DNA of 59,103 nucleotides from contig JBIPSI010000033.1 of assembly GCA_044070495.1 (NCBI GenBank), positions 1-59,103 on the forward strand, read 5' to 3'. A program made the translations under genes and the position numbers. Under the pieces are notes generated by a model. The model saw nothing but the letters and a program-made list of their open reading frames with translations, made no database searches and was not told the origin of the DNA. Positions 30,901 to 40,831 of this stretch are shown one piece after another; position 1 is the first letter of the stretch, and every line of letters starts with the position of its first letter. Source of the stretch: Spirulina sp. GTDB lineage: Bacteria > Cyanobacteriota > Cyanobacteriia > Phormidesmidales > Phormidesmidaceae.

Positions 30901-33612
30901 CCCAGCGTGGCTTTGCCTGATCTGTCCCTTAGCCTAGGGGACGATACCCTAGACGCCCTCGATTGGGGGGACGACGCCCCCTCTGCCCCGGTTCTAGATC
31001 CGCCCGAAGTATCTCCGGCAGAAGATTCCATCGCCGCCTGGGGCAATGACTTAGATGGCCTGGAACCAGCCTCTAGCCCCACCCCGCCGCCGACAACCGC
31101 CGACCCCTTTGATTTTTCCATCACCCTGGAGGATCTCGATCTGAGTTTGGATGGGGCGGGGGACACCGCCTCTGGACAAGGCTTGACGGACTGGGATACG
31201 CCCTCTGGGGGGATCCGTGTCGAGGATCTTCTGCCTACGCCATCGGATAGCTCGGATCTTTGGCCAGAAATCCCCTCGACCAGCCCTGCCGAGGGTGGGT
31301 ATGATAGCGTACCTGAACGCTCTGCGGAGCATGAACCTGAGGGTGCTGCAACCTGGAGCCTTGAGGACCTCGAAGGTAGCCTTACGGCGGACATTCCCCC
31401 AACCCCAGCAGCACCCCCGGTTTCTCCCCTGCCCCCGCCCGAACAGACTCCCGCCGGAGAGAGCGACTGGCACCGGGAGATGAGCCTTGACAGCATCCTC
31501 GGATCCCTTGACCAAAGCCGCCTGAATCACTTAGCTGGGGGTGGATCGGGAGCTTCGGGTCTTGCCGCCGAACCATCCATTGCCGAACCTCCTGCCATTG
31601 CCCCCCCTGCCATCGACACGCTTGCCGCAGAGTCAGCATCGGCCCCAGCGACCTCGGTGGATCAAGACTTTACTAGCCTAGAGGCGCTGCTAGCGGAACC
31701 GCTTCCCCCTGAGCCAGCCCCCCCTTCTCCCCCCCCAGCCCCTCCCAAGGGCCAGGACAACGGTGAACTGTGGTTTTTAGGGCTAGACCTGGGCACAACG
31801 GGCCTGTCGGCGGTGCTGATGGAGCGGCGCAGTGGCCAGGTGCATCCCCTGTACTGGGTAGATAACAGCATTTCCGGGGTAACGGCGGATAAGTTTTTCC
31901 GGCTGCCTACCCTGGGCCTCGTGCGCGTAGCGGCCAGCGGCGACTACCAGGTGCAGTCCGTGGGGTCTTCCGCCCTAACCGTAACCTGGAGCGACGGCGA
32001 CCCCGACGACAGCACGGTGATGCTAAAGAACCTGAAGCCGCTGCTACGCATGGGCATTCCCCTAGGGGTGGGGGCCGCCTCCCAGCCGCAAATTCAGTGG
32101 TCGGAGGAGACTCGCTTACCCCTGAAGGCGTTTCAGGATAGCGTTCAGGGGCTTTTGGCCACCCTGCCCCAGGCGTTTCAGAGCAATGCTCCCTTTACCC
32201 TAGGGGCCGTGGGCCTGAAGGCCGACACCATTGCCCAAGCCCTCGGGCATCTGACCGGCGTGGTGGTGAGTTATCCCGCCAATTGGCCCGATACCTATAC
32301 CTTCAACCTGCGGGAGGCCGTTTTGGGGGCGGGTCTAGTCTCCACTGCCGACCAGGTGTACTTCATTGAAGATGCCATTGCGGCGGTGCTGTCGGGCCTG
32401 CCCGACCCCGCCACGCCCGTGCCCCAGGGCCAAAGCCAGCCTATCCAGCAACAAACCCTCTACGCCTGCCAATGGACGGGGGGAACCGTGGTGATTTCGG
32501 CGGGGGCCACCGTTACCGAGGTGGGGTTAGTGGATATCCCCGATCCCCTAGCCCAGCTTAGCTATGGCGACTTTGCCCTGCATTCCCTCGCCTACGCTGG
32601 GGACGCCATTGATCTCGATATCGTCTGTCAACTGCTGCACCCGCCCGACCGTCGCCAGCCTCGGCCCACCCAGGCTCGACCCCAGCCCAACGGCTGGGGT
32701 TGGCAGGCCGTGCCCACCCTAGAATCCGCCCACTGGAACGATTTGCACCTCGATGATCTCGATCTGCCCCGCCCCGGCGAACCCGACCTCGTGCGTCGTC
32801 AGCGCCTTTGGCAGCGCCTAGAGGCTTCGGCCCTAGGCCAGAGCGTTTTGGATGCGGCCCGTCACCTCAAGATCATCCTCCAGCATCAGCCGCAGTTTGA
32901 GCTAGATTTGGCCGATCAGCACTGGGTGGTGCGCGGCAAGGATCTCGAAGACCGGATCATTCTGCCCTACATCCAGCGCATCAATGGCCACCTCAACCGC
33001 CTGCTGAGCGAAGTGGGCATGGCTAGCCAAGCGGTGCATCAGGTGATCTGCACGGGCGGCAGTGCCTCGCTGCCCAAGATGGCCCGCTGGCTGCGACAAA
33101 AGTTCCCCAACGCCACTATCGTCCAAGACACCTACCACAGCGACCGCCCCCCCAGTTGCAGCCGCGTCGCCTACGGCTTGGTGAACCTAGCCCGCTATCC
33201 CCAGGTGCTCGACCTCACCCGCCACCAGTACAGCGATATGTTCCTGCTGATGGAATTGCTGCGCACCTGCCCCGACCAACCCATGCCCCTCAGCGGTATC
33301 CTCCATCTGTTGAAGGAACAGGGCCTCAATGTAGACGCCTGCGAACCCCACCTGATGGCCCTGCTGGAGGGACGCCTTCCCCCTGGGCTACTGCCCACCG
33401 CCACCCAAAGCCCCCTGCTAATTCCCAGCCCCAATCCGGCCATTACCAGACTGGGCATGGCTCCCCTATTTAGCCGCCCCAATCCCCAGGTGTATGTGCC
33501 CAATCCCCAGCAAACCCAAGGGCTACGGGCCTACATCCAACACCTGCTGGCCGACAAACAACAAAGCCTCACCGATCCCCTCCTAGTTCAACTCACCACC
33601 CTAGCGGTGTGA
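27973..33612 (+). CDS. Giant protein: coiled coil, acidic Pro-rich disordered linker, Hsp70/actin-like domain
   Basis: ~1880-aa ORF. FLGLDLGTTG phosphate-1-like motif, AYAGDAID and VICTGGSA in the C-terminal ~600 aa. GTG start inferred. Confidence 0.75.
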   Translation: MTVQRQQLEALIAEIDATLGEAAPKLPWVMSSATQQQRQLLAKARACLAQMQADPKTVEGQPAALPGDSTSQAASQVLNALLQEMQYLRGQTLQILTPLQNEVAALRQQRETLLREVQQLQQQRLESAQTNPRLSPGNWEDTLGELTQHLEAHLAGQVEQAVRRLETSVANNYLLSEAPSEAETATGLESLSPAQRLAYLQQIQSQTDDLIRNLDLSLRAVFDALQQSVYSYQDSLNQGLNKMHTLGQQGEMMFSALVNHVAQRMNQEALAYLDAPRRGGSPPGLPDADQPPAPSESAAIAPQTEEDDFDLEGLDLDLDFDDDEVTLLQIDEEISQLRLDGDEVGSSSMPTPPLTAMDTAPPADALQVLDQLDVAAPDPRSSVSVPITPEAEVDPSLATSAVTDAEEAEEIDDLYQTLFGDNAPQPPQNLPGATAEDPGDAAATLPFPPSPPESQDWAALADTPNRDDQPGEAEAIEVAPAADSLSQLVEGTGSSLRASVPSPAPDISTIASLDELLPDGSGTSTELDALDILLNPSQQIQAPEDEDLLAAAESFQADHYALPLDTGVVDTLSQDLETLESIAPPQTTEPPEDSLSEMLSTASPLEEEVDWAVRVEQWAQQVGGESPPTTDTPGGTEDWFGDVGDVSPSVSPNPPLDQPGLITEDMFGEFATERPSEAQAGSTAEDVFGDFGGGDLGREDFGREDFGREDFGRNGLGHEDLRNTLGADLSPGIAPAPPESTAEDVFGDFGGDFGGDFGREVDRRPDDAPGDDLFGDAFSPQFPPDPPAPPARPSIDPSLNTADSLSMVLSELNLSLGPEEPPPPDANLTLDALGEFASEASTAPSPSVTPSSPVTDPLSSLGDEGLDLFGERPAISGPEVTSSGISDPSLSLENLIGDLSLDASFPIAEPEPNAVTAEDVFGDFGAPAAPAPDAGTPGDVFGDVGSPTVSAPAAATPEDVFGDFGAAEVSSPPSLDPSVALPDLSLSLGDDTLDALDWGDDAPSAPVLDPPEVSPAEDSIAAWGNDLDGLEPASSPTPPPTTADPFDFSITLEDLDLSLDGAGDTASGQGLTDWDTPSGGIRVEDLLPTPSDSSDLWPEIPSTSPAEGGYDSVPERSAEHEPEGAATWSLEDLEGSLTADIPPTPAAPPVSPLPPPEQTPAGESDWHREMSLDSILGSLDQSRLNHLAGGGSGASGLAAEPSIAEPPAIAPPAIDTLAAESASAPATSVDQDFTSLEALLAEPLPPEPAPPSPPPAPPKGQDNGELWFLGLDLGTTGLSAVLMERRSGQVHPLYWVDNSISGVTADKFFRLPTLGLVRVAASGDYQVQSVGSSALTVTWSDGDPDDSTVMLKNLKPLLRMGIPLGVGAASQPQIQWSEETRLPLKAFQDSVQGLLATLPQAFQSNAPFTLGAVGLKADTIAQALGHLTGVVVSYPANWPDTYTFNLREAVLGAGLVSTADQVYFIEDAIAAVLSGLPDPATPVPQGQSQPIQQQTLYACQWTGGTVVISAGATVTEVGLVDIPDPLAQLSYGDFALHSLAYAGDAIDLDIVCQLLHPPDRRQPRPTQARPQPNGWGWQAVPTLESAHWNDLHLDDLDLPRPGEPDLVRRQRLWQRLEASALGQSVLDAARHLKIILQHQPQFELDLADQHWVVRGKDLEDRIILPYIQRINGHLNRLLSEVGMASQAVHQVICTGGSASLPKMARWLRQKFPNATIVQDTYHSDRPPSCSRVAYGLVNLARYPQVLDLTRHQYSDMFLLMELLRTCPDQPMPLSGILHLLKEQGLNVDACEPHLMALLEGRLPPGLLPTATQSPLLIPSPNPAITRLGMAPLFSRPNPQVYVPNPQQTQGLRAYIQHLLADKQQSLTDPLLVQLTTLAV

Positions 33613-33620
33613 TGGAGATG

Positions 33621-33674
33621 AGGAGTTTTCTGGAAAGCGTTCTTCCTAGTGGTGGGCAGTGTCCACCCTACGGT
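33621..33674. repeat. Dispersed ~50-bp repeat ending in a REP-like palindrome
   Basis: Direct homologue at 45530-45579 (AGGAG.TTTCTGGAAA.CGTTCT...GGTGGGCAGTG...CCTACGGT). Confidence 0.8.
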
Positions 33675-33731
33675 ATTTTGCTTGATGGGGCTTGGTCGAT
33701 AATGAAAACGTTCCGATAGCCCAGCTTAGCC

Positions 33732-36716
33732 ATGGAAGCACTCAAGGGATTTTGGCGGTTTCTCAATACCGATGTGAAGGATATCCCCTGGGGCGATGTC
33801 GCGGAACAGGGCATCGACACCATCATGGCCCTGCCCGATGCGACCCAGGCTTGGCGAGACAATGCCGCCCAAATTCAACAGCTTGCCCCCTATGCCCAAA
33901 AGGCGGCACCGCTGATCCAGGCGTTAGATGCCCCGGTGGCCCAGTTGGCCCTAGCTGGGCTTCCCTTTGTGTCGGTGGGCATTAACCTGCTGAAGCTGGG
34001 GCTAGAGATGGCCAAGGTAGACCCCACCTTCGAGGGTTCGGTGGCCATTGTGGCGCAACTGGCCTACCTGCAAAGTTTGGAAACGTTGCTGGGGCGGCTT
34101 CAGGACGCAGATACCCAGGCCAAGCTAGCGCCAATTTCCTCTAGGGCGGTGATTGAGCGGCAACTGGCGCGCTTAGACACCACGGAACTCACCCCCACCG
34201 AGGCCAAGCAGGTTATCACCCAGTTTCGAGAATCGAAGTTGGCCCAGTTGTTTAGTGCGGCCCTGGTGGAACAGTTGCGGCAGGCTGGCCTAGACGATGC
34301 CTGCATTCATCGTTTGGCGGATCAGGTGGTGTGGGGTAGCCCTCGCAATGTGCATCTGGCCGTGGTAGAGGCGGGGGATGCCGTGGCCCCGCTGGCGGAG
34401 TTTTATCGCACCGGGGGAGTGCAAGCCCAGGAGCGCTACGCCAGCATTGACCATTATTTGCAAACGAAAATTAACCCGTTGCCGCTAGAGCCAGTGTTTG
34501 ATGAACGCACCCTGCGGTTTCAAGATATCTATGTGCCGCTACAGGTGCAGCCCTTGACCCAGGATGGCCAGGTGCAAGAAGGTGCCGATCCTATCTGTAG
34601 CCACAAATGGACAAGGCAAATTTTAGAGAAGCCCGCCGACCAGCCCCGCCAAGTGATGTTTATGGAAGGCGATGCGGGACGGGGAAAATCGGTGTTTTGT
34701 CGCATGATTGCCAACTGGGCCTATGGGGAGTTTGGCGATGCCTTTATTCCGCTACGCATTCGATTGCGCGATTTACGCGAGTTAGCCAATAACCTAACGG
34801 AAACCTTGGAAGACTGCCCAGAGCTAGAGCAGGTGCAGTTTGTGCGAGGAAAATCGGATTGGCTGGCCGACAAAAACACGCGATTTTTCATTATTTTGGA
34901 TGGCTTTGATGAACTGCTGCTAGAAGGACGAGCCACCGGAGGTTTGAAGGAATTTTTGCAGCAGGTGACGGCCTTTCAGCGCAATAGCCATCATCAATTG
35001 CTGGTAACGGGCAGGCCCTTGGCTTTGCAAGGGATTGATCGACTAATTACCCAAAATAAAGATTTGGATCGGGCACGGCTAGAACCGATGGCCGATGAGG
35101 TGCGAGAAGCGTGGCTAACTAACTGGCAAGGGGCCTTTGGGGAAGCCACCGTCAACACGTTCCGTCAGTTTCTTGCGGCTTGCCCAGCAGATATTACCAA
35201 CACCCTAGCCCGTGAGCCGCTGCTGCTGTATTTGTTGGCAAGGCTAAACCGAGAAGGTCATCTTTCCCATGCAATGTTTGCCGATACGGAAACGGGGCCA
35301 AACCCAGAGATTCAGGCCAAGCTGCGAATTTATCGAGAATCGGTGAATTGGGTGCTGGAGAAACAGCGGCAGAATGAAAACCTACGGCTATCGGGCTTAG
35401 ATGACCTAGACGACTTGCGGGAAGTATTGCAGGAAGCGGCCCTCTGCGTGGTGCAATCTGGCAATGAAACAGCCCGCCTGGAGATGGTAAAACAGCGCTT
35501 TAAGACTAGCAGCAATCCCATCGCCAACCTGCTGAAGCAATCCCAGGACAAAACCGGACAATCCGAGGATAAAGCCCTCAATAACTTACTCACTACTTTT
35601 TACCTAAATCCAGGGGAAACGGATAAACAGGGTTCTATCGAATTTGCCCACAAAAGCTTTGGGGAATATCTCTTTGCCGAACGACTAATCACGGCCTTTG
35701 AAGCTTGGACAGAGGTGGATCAGCGTAAGCGATACCGCATGGATGATCGGGCGCTGCACGAACAAATTTATGATGTGTTTGGCTATGGTGGGCTTAGCCA
35801 AGAAATTGTGGCCTATGTGTGGGAACTGCTGACCGAAAGCAACCTAGATCGGGTGCAGCTATTTAACCGACTGCATGAGTTTTATCAGCGCTGGCACCCA
35901 AGCGAATTTTTAGATGCACCCCCCAACGAAAACCTACCCCAAAAGAAATTCTTGCAACTGCTTGATCAGGGCATTGCCACCGGATTGCGGCAGGTGGATG
36001 TGTTTACGGGGTTGAATGTGATGATTTTGCTATTCAAACTCCATGCCGACGCCCAACCCGAAGGCTACCCCCACCTACCTGAGGGCACCCCCCGACCCGA
36101 AATTTGGTTCCATCCCTGCGGCGAACCACAGACAGAGGCTTTTGAAGAAGATCGGCTCCTTAAAATTATTCACTACACCGATGCCCTGGGTAGAGTAACG
36201 TTTGCTCAGACGGTTGGGCCTCATCTCGACAGCGCCAACCTCTACAGCGCCAACCTCTACAGCGCCAGCCTCTACAGAGCCAACCTCGACAGAGCCATTC
36301 TTTCTAGAGCCATCCTCTACAGAGCCAACCTCGACAGAGCCATCCTCTCCAGAGCCATCCTCTACAGCGCTAACCTCGAAAGCGCTAACATCTCCAGAGC
36401 CAACCTCGACAGCGCTAACCTCGAAAGCGCTAACATCTCCAGAGTCGACCTCGACAGAGCCGACCTCAACAGAGCCAACCTCGACAGAGCTTTACTGATT
36501 GAGACCAATCTAAGCCATGCCCAAAACCTCAAGCAAGAGCAGCTAGAAGGTCAGGATCCGTCCCTTCTTTGCAATGCGACACTACCCTCAGATATTACCT
36601 TAGGCCCCAACCGAGATTGGAATCGACTGGCAGAGGCACTACATGAGCGATATCCTAACTCATTTAAAACACTAGAAGAAGCGACTAAGTGGGTTGAAGA
36701 ATGGCGACCCCAATAA
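33732..36716 (+). CDS. NACHT NTPase with C-terminal pentapeptide repeats
   Basis: Walker A GDAGRGKS, Walker B ILDGFDE, EPLLL, FAHKSFGEYL and ANLxx repeats. Confidence 0.9.
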   Translation: MEALKGFWRFLNTDVKDIPWGDVAEQGIDTIMALPDATQAWRDNAAQIQQLAPYAQKAAPLIQALDAPVAQLALAGLPFVSVGINLLKLGLEMAKVDPTFEGSVAIVAQLAYLQSLETLLGRLQDADTQAKLAPISSRAVIERQLARLDTTELTPTEAKQVITQFRESKLAQLFSAALVEQLRQAGLDDACIHRLADQVVWGSPRNVHLAVVEAGDAVAPLAEFYRTGGVQAQERYASIDHYLQTKINPLPLEPVFDERTLRFQDIYVPLQVQPLTQDGQVQEGADPICSHKWTRQILEKPADQPRQVMFMEGDAGRGKSVFCRMIANWAYGEFGDAFIPLRIRLRDLRELANNLTETLEDCPELEQVQFVRGKSDWLADKNTRFFIILDGFDELLLEGRATGGLKEFLQQVTAFQRNSHHQLLVTGRPLALQGIDRLITQNKDLDRARLEPMADEVREAWLTNWQGAFGEATVNTFRQFLAACPADITNTLAREPLLLYLLARLNREGHLSHAMFADTETGPNPEIQAKLRIYRESVNWVLEKQRQNENLRLSGLDDLDDLREVLQEAALCVVQSGNETARLEMVKQRFKTSSNPIANLLKQSQDKTGQSEDKALNNLLTTFYLNPGETDKQGSIEFAHKSFGEYLFAERLITAFEAWTEVDQRKRYRMDDRALHEQIYDVFGYGGLSQEIVAYVWELLTESNLDRVQLFNRLHEFYQRWHPSEFLDAPPNENLPQKKFLQLLDQGIATGLRQVDVFTGLNVMILLFKLHADAQPEGYPHLPEGTPRPEIWFHPCGEPQTEAFEEDRLLKIIHYTDALGRVTFAQTVGPHLDSANLYSANLYSASLYRANLDRAILSRAILYRANLDRAILSRAILYSANLESANISRANLDSANLESANISRVDLDRADLNRANLDRALLIETNLSHAQNLKQEQLEGQDPSLLCNATLPSDITLGPNRDWNRLAEALHERYPNSFKTLEEATKWVEEWRPQ

Positions 36717-36754
36717 CCACCCGCCACCGCAATTCACCTCTATGCAAAAAACAC

Positions 36755-36779
36755 AAAAAAGGGGAACCAAAGTTCCCCT
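36755..36779 (-). terminator. Intrinsic terminator downstream of the Hsp20 gene
   Basis: Minus strand AGGGGAAC-TTTG-GTTCCCCT followed by a T run. Confidence 0.75.
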
Positions 36780-36901
36780 ATCATGACGTAGATTTAACCT
36801 TGGCTTAGCGCTGGTTGACTAAAGACATTTGATTTATCCCTTAGCCCCTAAACGCCAAACCACTTACGGATCTGTGACGACAACTCAGGCGAATCCTGCC
36901 C

Positions 36902-37384
36902 CTAGGCTTCCGTGGGTTCACCTTCGGGTTGGCTAGCTTCCAGGGTGGGTTTGCCCAGGTTGATCTTCACCACCTTGGTTTGGGCTTCTACCACCTTCGG
37001 CAGGGTGAGGGTAAGAATGCCGTGGTTAAATTCGGCGCTCACTTGGCCATTTTGGATGGGTTCTGGCAGGTTGATCACCCGTTGGAAGTGGCCGTAACGG
37101 ACATCATCATAGAGCAGCTTAGTGCCTTCCGGCAGTTCCGGTTCAGGCCGTTCGCCCGACAGGGAAATGGTGTCGGCGGTTACCTGCACATCCAACGCTT
37201 CTGGCTCAATGCCAGGCAGATGAGTTGTGAGCAAGAAGTGATCGCCTTTATCCAGCAAACGCACCGCCGGAACCCAGTCGGCACGGGGCAAAACTTCAGC
37301 GGCAAAGTCGCCAAAAGCGTCATTAATTTGACGGCGAATCGCGTTAATTTCAGAGATGGGATCGAGATAACGGCGGACGATCAT
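36902..37384 (-). CDS. Small heat-shock protein (Hsp20)
   Basis: WVPAV...LPGI...YGHFQRVINLP...NHGILTLTLPK alpha-crystallin domain. Confidence 0.93.
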   Translation of the reverse strand: MIVRRYLDPISEINAIRRQINDAFGDFAAEVLPRADWVPAVRLLDKGDHFLLTTHLPGIEPEALDVQVTADTISLSGERPEPELPEGTKLLYDDVRYGHFQRVINLPEPIQNGQVSAEFNHGILTLTLPKVVEAQTKVVKINLGKPTLEASQPEGEPTEA

Positions 37385-37630
37385 TGAGGTTACCTCCTAA
37401 TCGTTGAACTTCAACCTTATGCTTCTATGGTGGGCTATTCTTTGGGTGATCTCTAGGGATAGAAACCCTAATTCTGTGGGGTGTTTTCCCACCGAATCAA
37501 CCGAACCCAGAAAACCGATCTAGCCCTCAAGACACCACAAAGCCCAAGCCATCGTTCTGATGACCTGGACTAAGGATGATGCTAGGGCGTGATAGTTTAA
37601 GGGCCGCTATCCTACCCTAGGGAATGGCTA

Positions 37631-37810
37631 TCAAAGGCCAGGATGATAACCATGGCCAAGCATGGCGGCGGCACGAAGCTGAGTTTGGGTTGTCCAGGTG
37701 GATCGGGCGGCAACAGAATGGCCTAAACCAGGGTCGTATCCTTCGCTTAGCATGGAGCCAAACTGGACTAGGTTCTTGGTATTCCAGGATTTAGATTGAG
37801 TCGTGTTCAT
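37631..37810 (-). CDS. Small 59-aa protein with an internal duplication (absent from the ORF track)
   Basis: GGAGA RBS before ATG; MNTTQSKSWNTKNLVQFGSMLSEGYDPGLGHSVAARSTWTTQTQLRAAAMLGHGYHPGL. Confidence 0.7.
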   Translation of the reverse strand: MNTTQSKSWNTKNLVQFGSMLSEGYDPGLGHSVAARSTWTTQTQLRAAAMLGHGYHPGL

Positions 37811-38019
37811 AACGTCTCCCAGGTATTAACAGGTTTTACTGACTCTTAAATCCTAACGAATGGTAGCCTGCGTTACCAAAACCGCCGCTTATGGCTTTCA
37901 TGAGCAGGTTTGATGCAATAAATTTGATGCAATAAATTTATTGCAATCAATGGGGGGCGGATGACCTAGGAGTTGTAGGCCTAGCTGACTGTCATAACGC
38001 CGAAAAGCATTGATATCTC

Positions 38020-38104
38020 GTAGGTTGGGTGGCGCGATAGCAGAACCCAACACAGCCGAAATTCTCGACGAGTGTTGGGTTTCGCTTCGCTGCACCCAAC
38101 CTAC
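38020..38104. repeat. REPIN-like inverted REP doublet
   Basis: GTAGGTTGGGTG...AACCCAACA / TGTTGGGTT...CACCCAACCTAC. Confidence 0.8.
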
Positions 38105-38158
38105 TTTGGACATGTATCCGGCAATCAGGTTGTAGGCACTTGGCTAGGATAGCGGCGG

Positions 38159-38908
38159 CTAGGGGGAAGCCAGTAGCAGCCGTAGCGCCAGGGCAAAGCA
38201 GACCACCGTTACCATGGGTCGAATCAGCAATGCGCCGTGTTTGAGCACGAGCCTGCCCCCCAGCAGCGCACCGAGAAACTGTCCGGCGAACATCGCCAGT
38301 CCGGCGATCCAGTAAATTTGGCCAAACACCATGAAATACGCCAGGGCCGCCACGTTGCTGGTGGCGTTGAGTAGTTTGGTGTGGGCGGTGGCCTTCGTGA
38401 GGTTATAGCCACACAGCCCCACAAAGGCGAGGGCCATAAACATTCCGGTGCCGGGGCCAAAGAAGCCGTCATACAGGCCCAACAGCGGCGCAACCCCTAG
38501 GGAAAAAGCCAGGGGACTCAGGCGGCGGGGTTGATCCAGGTGGCCTAGGCCGGGGGAGAGGGCAAAGTAGGTGCCCATGGCCATCAGCAGCAGGGGAATC
38601 AATCGGGCCAGAATTGCCGCGTCGATCTGGAGCACCAGCCACCCCCCAGTGATTGAACCTAGGAAGGTCATGGCTACCGCCAGCCGATGTTCTCGCAGTT
38701 GGATGGCCCCTTTGCGTAAAAAGAACAGGGTGGCCGTGACGGAACCGCCCGTGCCCTGGAGCTTGTTGGTGGCGATGGCCGCCGCTGGAGGGACTCCGGC
38801 CATCAGCAGCGCAGGTAGGGTAATCAATCCGCCGCCGCCAGCGATGGTATCCACGCACCCCGCCACCACAGCGACCCCGAATAGCAAAACGATGGTGGGG
38901 ACATCCAA
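38159..38908 (-). CDS. TSUP (TauE/SafE, YfcA-like) transporter
   Basis: DTIAGGGGLI, ATNKLQ and YDGFFGPGTG. Confidence 0.92.
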   Translation of the reverse strand: MDVPTIVLLFGVAVVAGCVDTIAGGGGLITLPALLMAGVPPAAAIATNKLQGTGGSVTATLFFLRKGAIQLREHRLAVAMTFLGSITGGWLVLQIDAAILARLIPLLLMAMGTYFALSPGLGHLDQPRRLSPLAFSLGVAPLLGLYDGFFGPGTGMFMALAFVGLCGYNLTKATAHTKLLNATSNVAALAYFMVFGQIYWIAGLAMFAGQFLGALLGGRLVLKHGALLIRPMVTVVCFALALRLLLASP

Positions 38909-38914
38909 AACAAA

Positions 38915-40831
38915 TTACCCAGCCTTCACCAGAAACTTTTCAGGAATTTCGGTGTATTGGCTAACGATTTGGCGGAATTCTTCGCCGTCGATGGTTTCCC
39001 GTTCCAGCAGCAAATCGACCAAGTTATCCATTAGCACGCGATTGTCGCGCAACACCTGGCGGGCGCGGTCGAGGCAGGTGAGGGCAATTTCCCGCACCTT
39101 GGCATCAATTCTGCTGGCCATTTCCTCGGAGACTTCGCTGCGGGGCATCAGGTTGCGGCCTAGGAAGACTTGATTATCCATGCTTTCGAGGGCGACGGGG
39201 CCGAGGTCGGTCATGCCGTAGAGGGTGACCATTTGACGGGCCAGGTTGGTAACTTGCTGGATGTCGCCGCTGGCTCCGGTGGAGGTTTCGTCGTCGCCAA
39301 AGACTTCGGCTTCGGCGGCAAAGCCCCCTAGGGCCACGGTGATGCGGTCTACAATCCAGTTGCGGGTGTAGAGGCCGCTGTCGATGATGTCTTCGTTGGG
39401 CAGCGATTGGGTGAAGCCTTCGATGCCGCCGGATCGGGGGATGATCGTTACCTTATTCAACTCGTCGGAGTGGGTGAGTAGGGTGGTGAGCAGGGCGTGG
39501 CCGACTTCGTGGTAGGCGGTCATGCGTTTGCGGCTGCTGTCGAGCAGGGGGGTGAGGCTGAGGCCGATGGTGATGCGGTCGATGGCATCCTCAATTTCCT
39601 GCATGGTGACCGCTTCTTTGCGGCGGCGGGCGGTGAGGATGGCGGCTTCGTTAAGCAGGTTAGCCAGTTCGGCCCCAGAGAATCCGGGGGTGCGGCGGGC
39701 GACGGCCTCTAGGGAAACCTCCGACTCAATTTTTTTGTTGCGGGCGTGAACTTCTAGAATCGACAGCCGCCCCTTGTAGGTGGGCAGGTCTACGATCACC
39801 TGACGGTCGAAGCGTCCGGGCCGCAGCAGGGCCGTATCCAGCACATCCACGCGGTTGGTGGCGGCGATCACGATGATGCCGCTGTTGCCCTCAAAGCCGT
39901 CCATTTCGGTGAGGAGTTGGTTGAGGGTTTGTTCGCGTTCGTCGTTGCCGCCGCCAATGCCTGCCCCCCGCTGCCGACCGACGGCGTCAATTTCGTCGAT
40001 GAACACAATACAAGGGGCATTGTCCTTGGCCTTGCGGAACAGGTCGCGCACGCGGGAAGCGCCCACCCCCACAAACATTTCCACAAATTCTGAGCCGGAG
40101 ATGCTAAAAAACGGAACGCCCGCTTCCCCAGAAATCGCTTTAGCTAGGAGAGTTTTCCCGGTGCCCGGTTGGCCAATCAGCAGCACGCCCTTAGGGATCC
40201 GTGCCCCGATGGCCGTAAATTTTTCAGGACTTTTGAGGAAGGAAACCACCTCCTGGAGTTCTTCCTTGGCCTCCTCAACCCCGGCCACATCGTCAAAGGC
40301 GACCCCGGTTTTGGCTTCCATCTGAAAGCGGGCCTTAGACCGACCAAAGTTCATGGCGTTGCCCGCCCCCGCCGCCCCCCGTCGCAGCAGCATCAGCAGG
40401 CCCAAAATTAAAATCAGTGCGAGTAAAGAATTCGTCGCCAACCAGGCCAGGGCGGAACTGCCGCTGGTGTCGCGAATGTTGACGTCCACCTGGTTCTCGC
40501 GCAGGGTGCGGATCAGTTCTGGGTTGCGCTCTCCGGCGAACAGCAGCACCTCATGGGGGGGCTGCTCCTCCGCGTCGGTTTCTAGGGTGACGTAGGCAAT
40601 GCCACGGGTTTCATCCAGTTCAACGCTTTCCACCAAGCCCTGCTCAATGTTGCTCAGAAACGCCCCGTAGGACATCTGCCCGTCTTCGGTGGTGGATTGG
40701 GCGAGGGCAGGGGGCAAGGGCATGAGGCTTTGCAACAAGAGCCAACCCACCGTTAAGGCCCCTGTGGCGGCAGTGCCTAGGGACTGGGGGCGACGCAGGT
40801 TTTTGGGTTGACCGGAAAGACGCATAGACAT
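38915..40831 (-). CDS. ftsH: ATP-dependent zinc metalloprotease FtsH
   Basis: [23 protein letters not shown] and HEVGH. Confidence 0.97.
   Translation of the reverse strand: MSMRLSGQPKNLRRPQSLGTAATGALTVGWLLLQSLMPLPPALAQSTTEDGQMSYGAFLSNIEQGLVESVELDETRGIAYVTLETDAEEQPPHEVLLFAGERNPELIRTLRENQVDVNIRDTSGSSALAWLATNSLLALILILGLLMLLRRGAAGAGNAMNFGRSKARFQMEAKTGVAFDDVAGVEEAKEELQEVVSFLKSPEKFTAIGARIPKGVLLIGQPGTGKTLLAKAISGEAGVPFFSISGSEFVEMFVGVGASRVRDLFRKAKDNAPCIVFIDEIDAVGRQRGAGIGGGNDEREQTLNQLLTEMDGFEGNSGIIVIAATNRVDVLDTALLRPGRFDRQVIVDLPTYKGRLSILEVHARNKKIESEVSLEAVARRTPGFSGAELANLLNEAAILTARRRKEAVTMQEIEDAIDRITIGLSLTPLLDSSRKRMTAYHEVGHALLTTLLTHSDELNKVTIIPRSGGIEGFTQSLPNEDIIDSGLYTRNWIVDRITVALGGFAAEAEVFGDDETSTGASGDIQQVTNLARQMVTLYGMTDLGPVALESMDNQVFLGRNLMPRSEVSEEMASRIDAKVREIALTCLDRARQVLRDNRVLMDNLVDLLLERETIDGEEFRQIVSQYTEIPEKFLVKAG

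Noticed and set aside
29943..31496. 517-aa minus-strand ORF
   Set aside because: Antisense shadow of the low-complexity linker of the 27973-33612 gene; Ser/Gly-rich with no motifs.
36225..36495. 15-bp DNA repeat array
   Set aside because: It is the coding pentapeptide repeat region of the NACHT protein.
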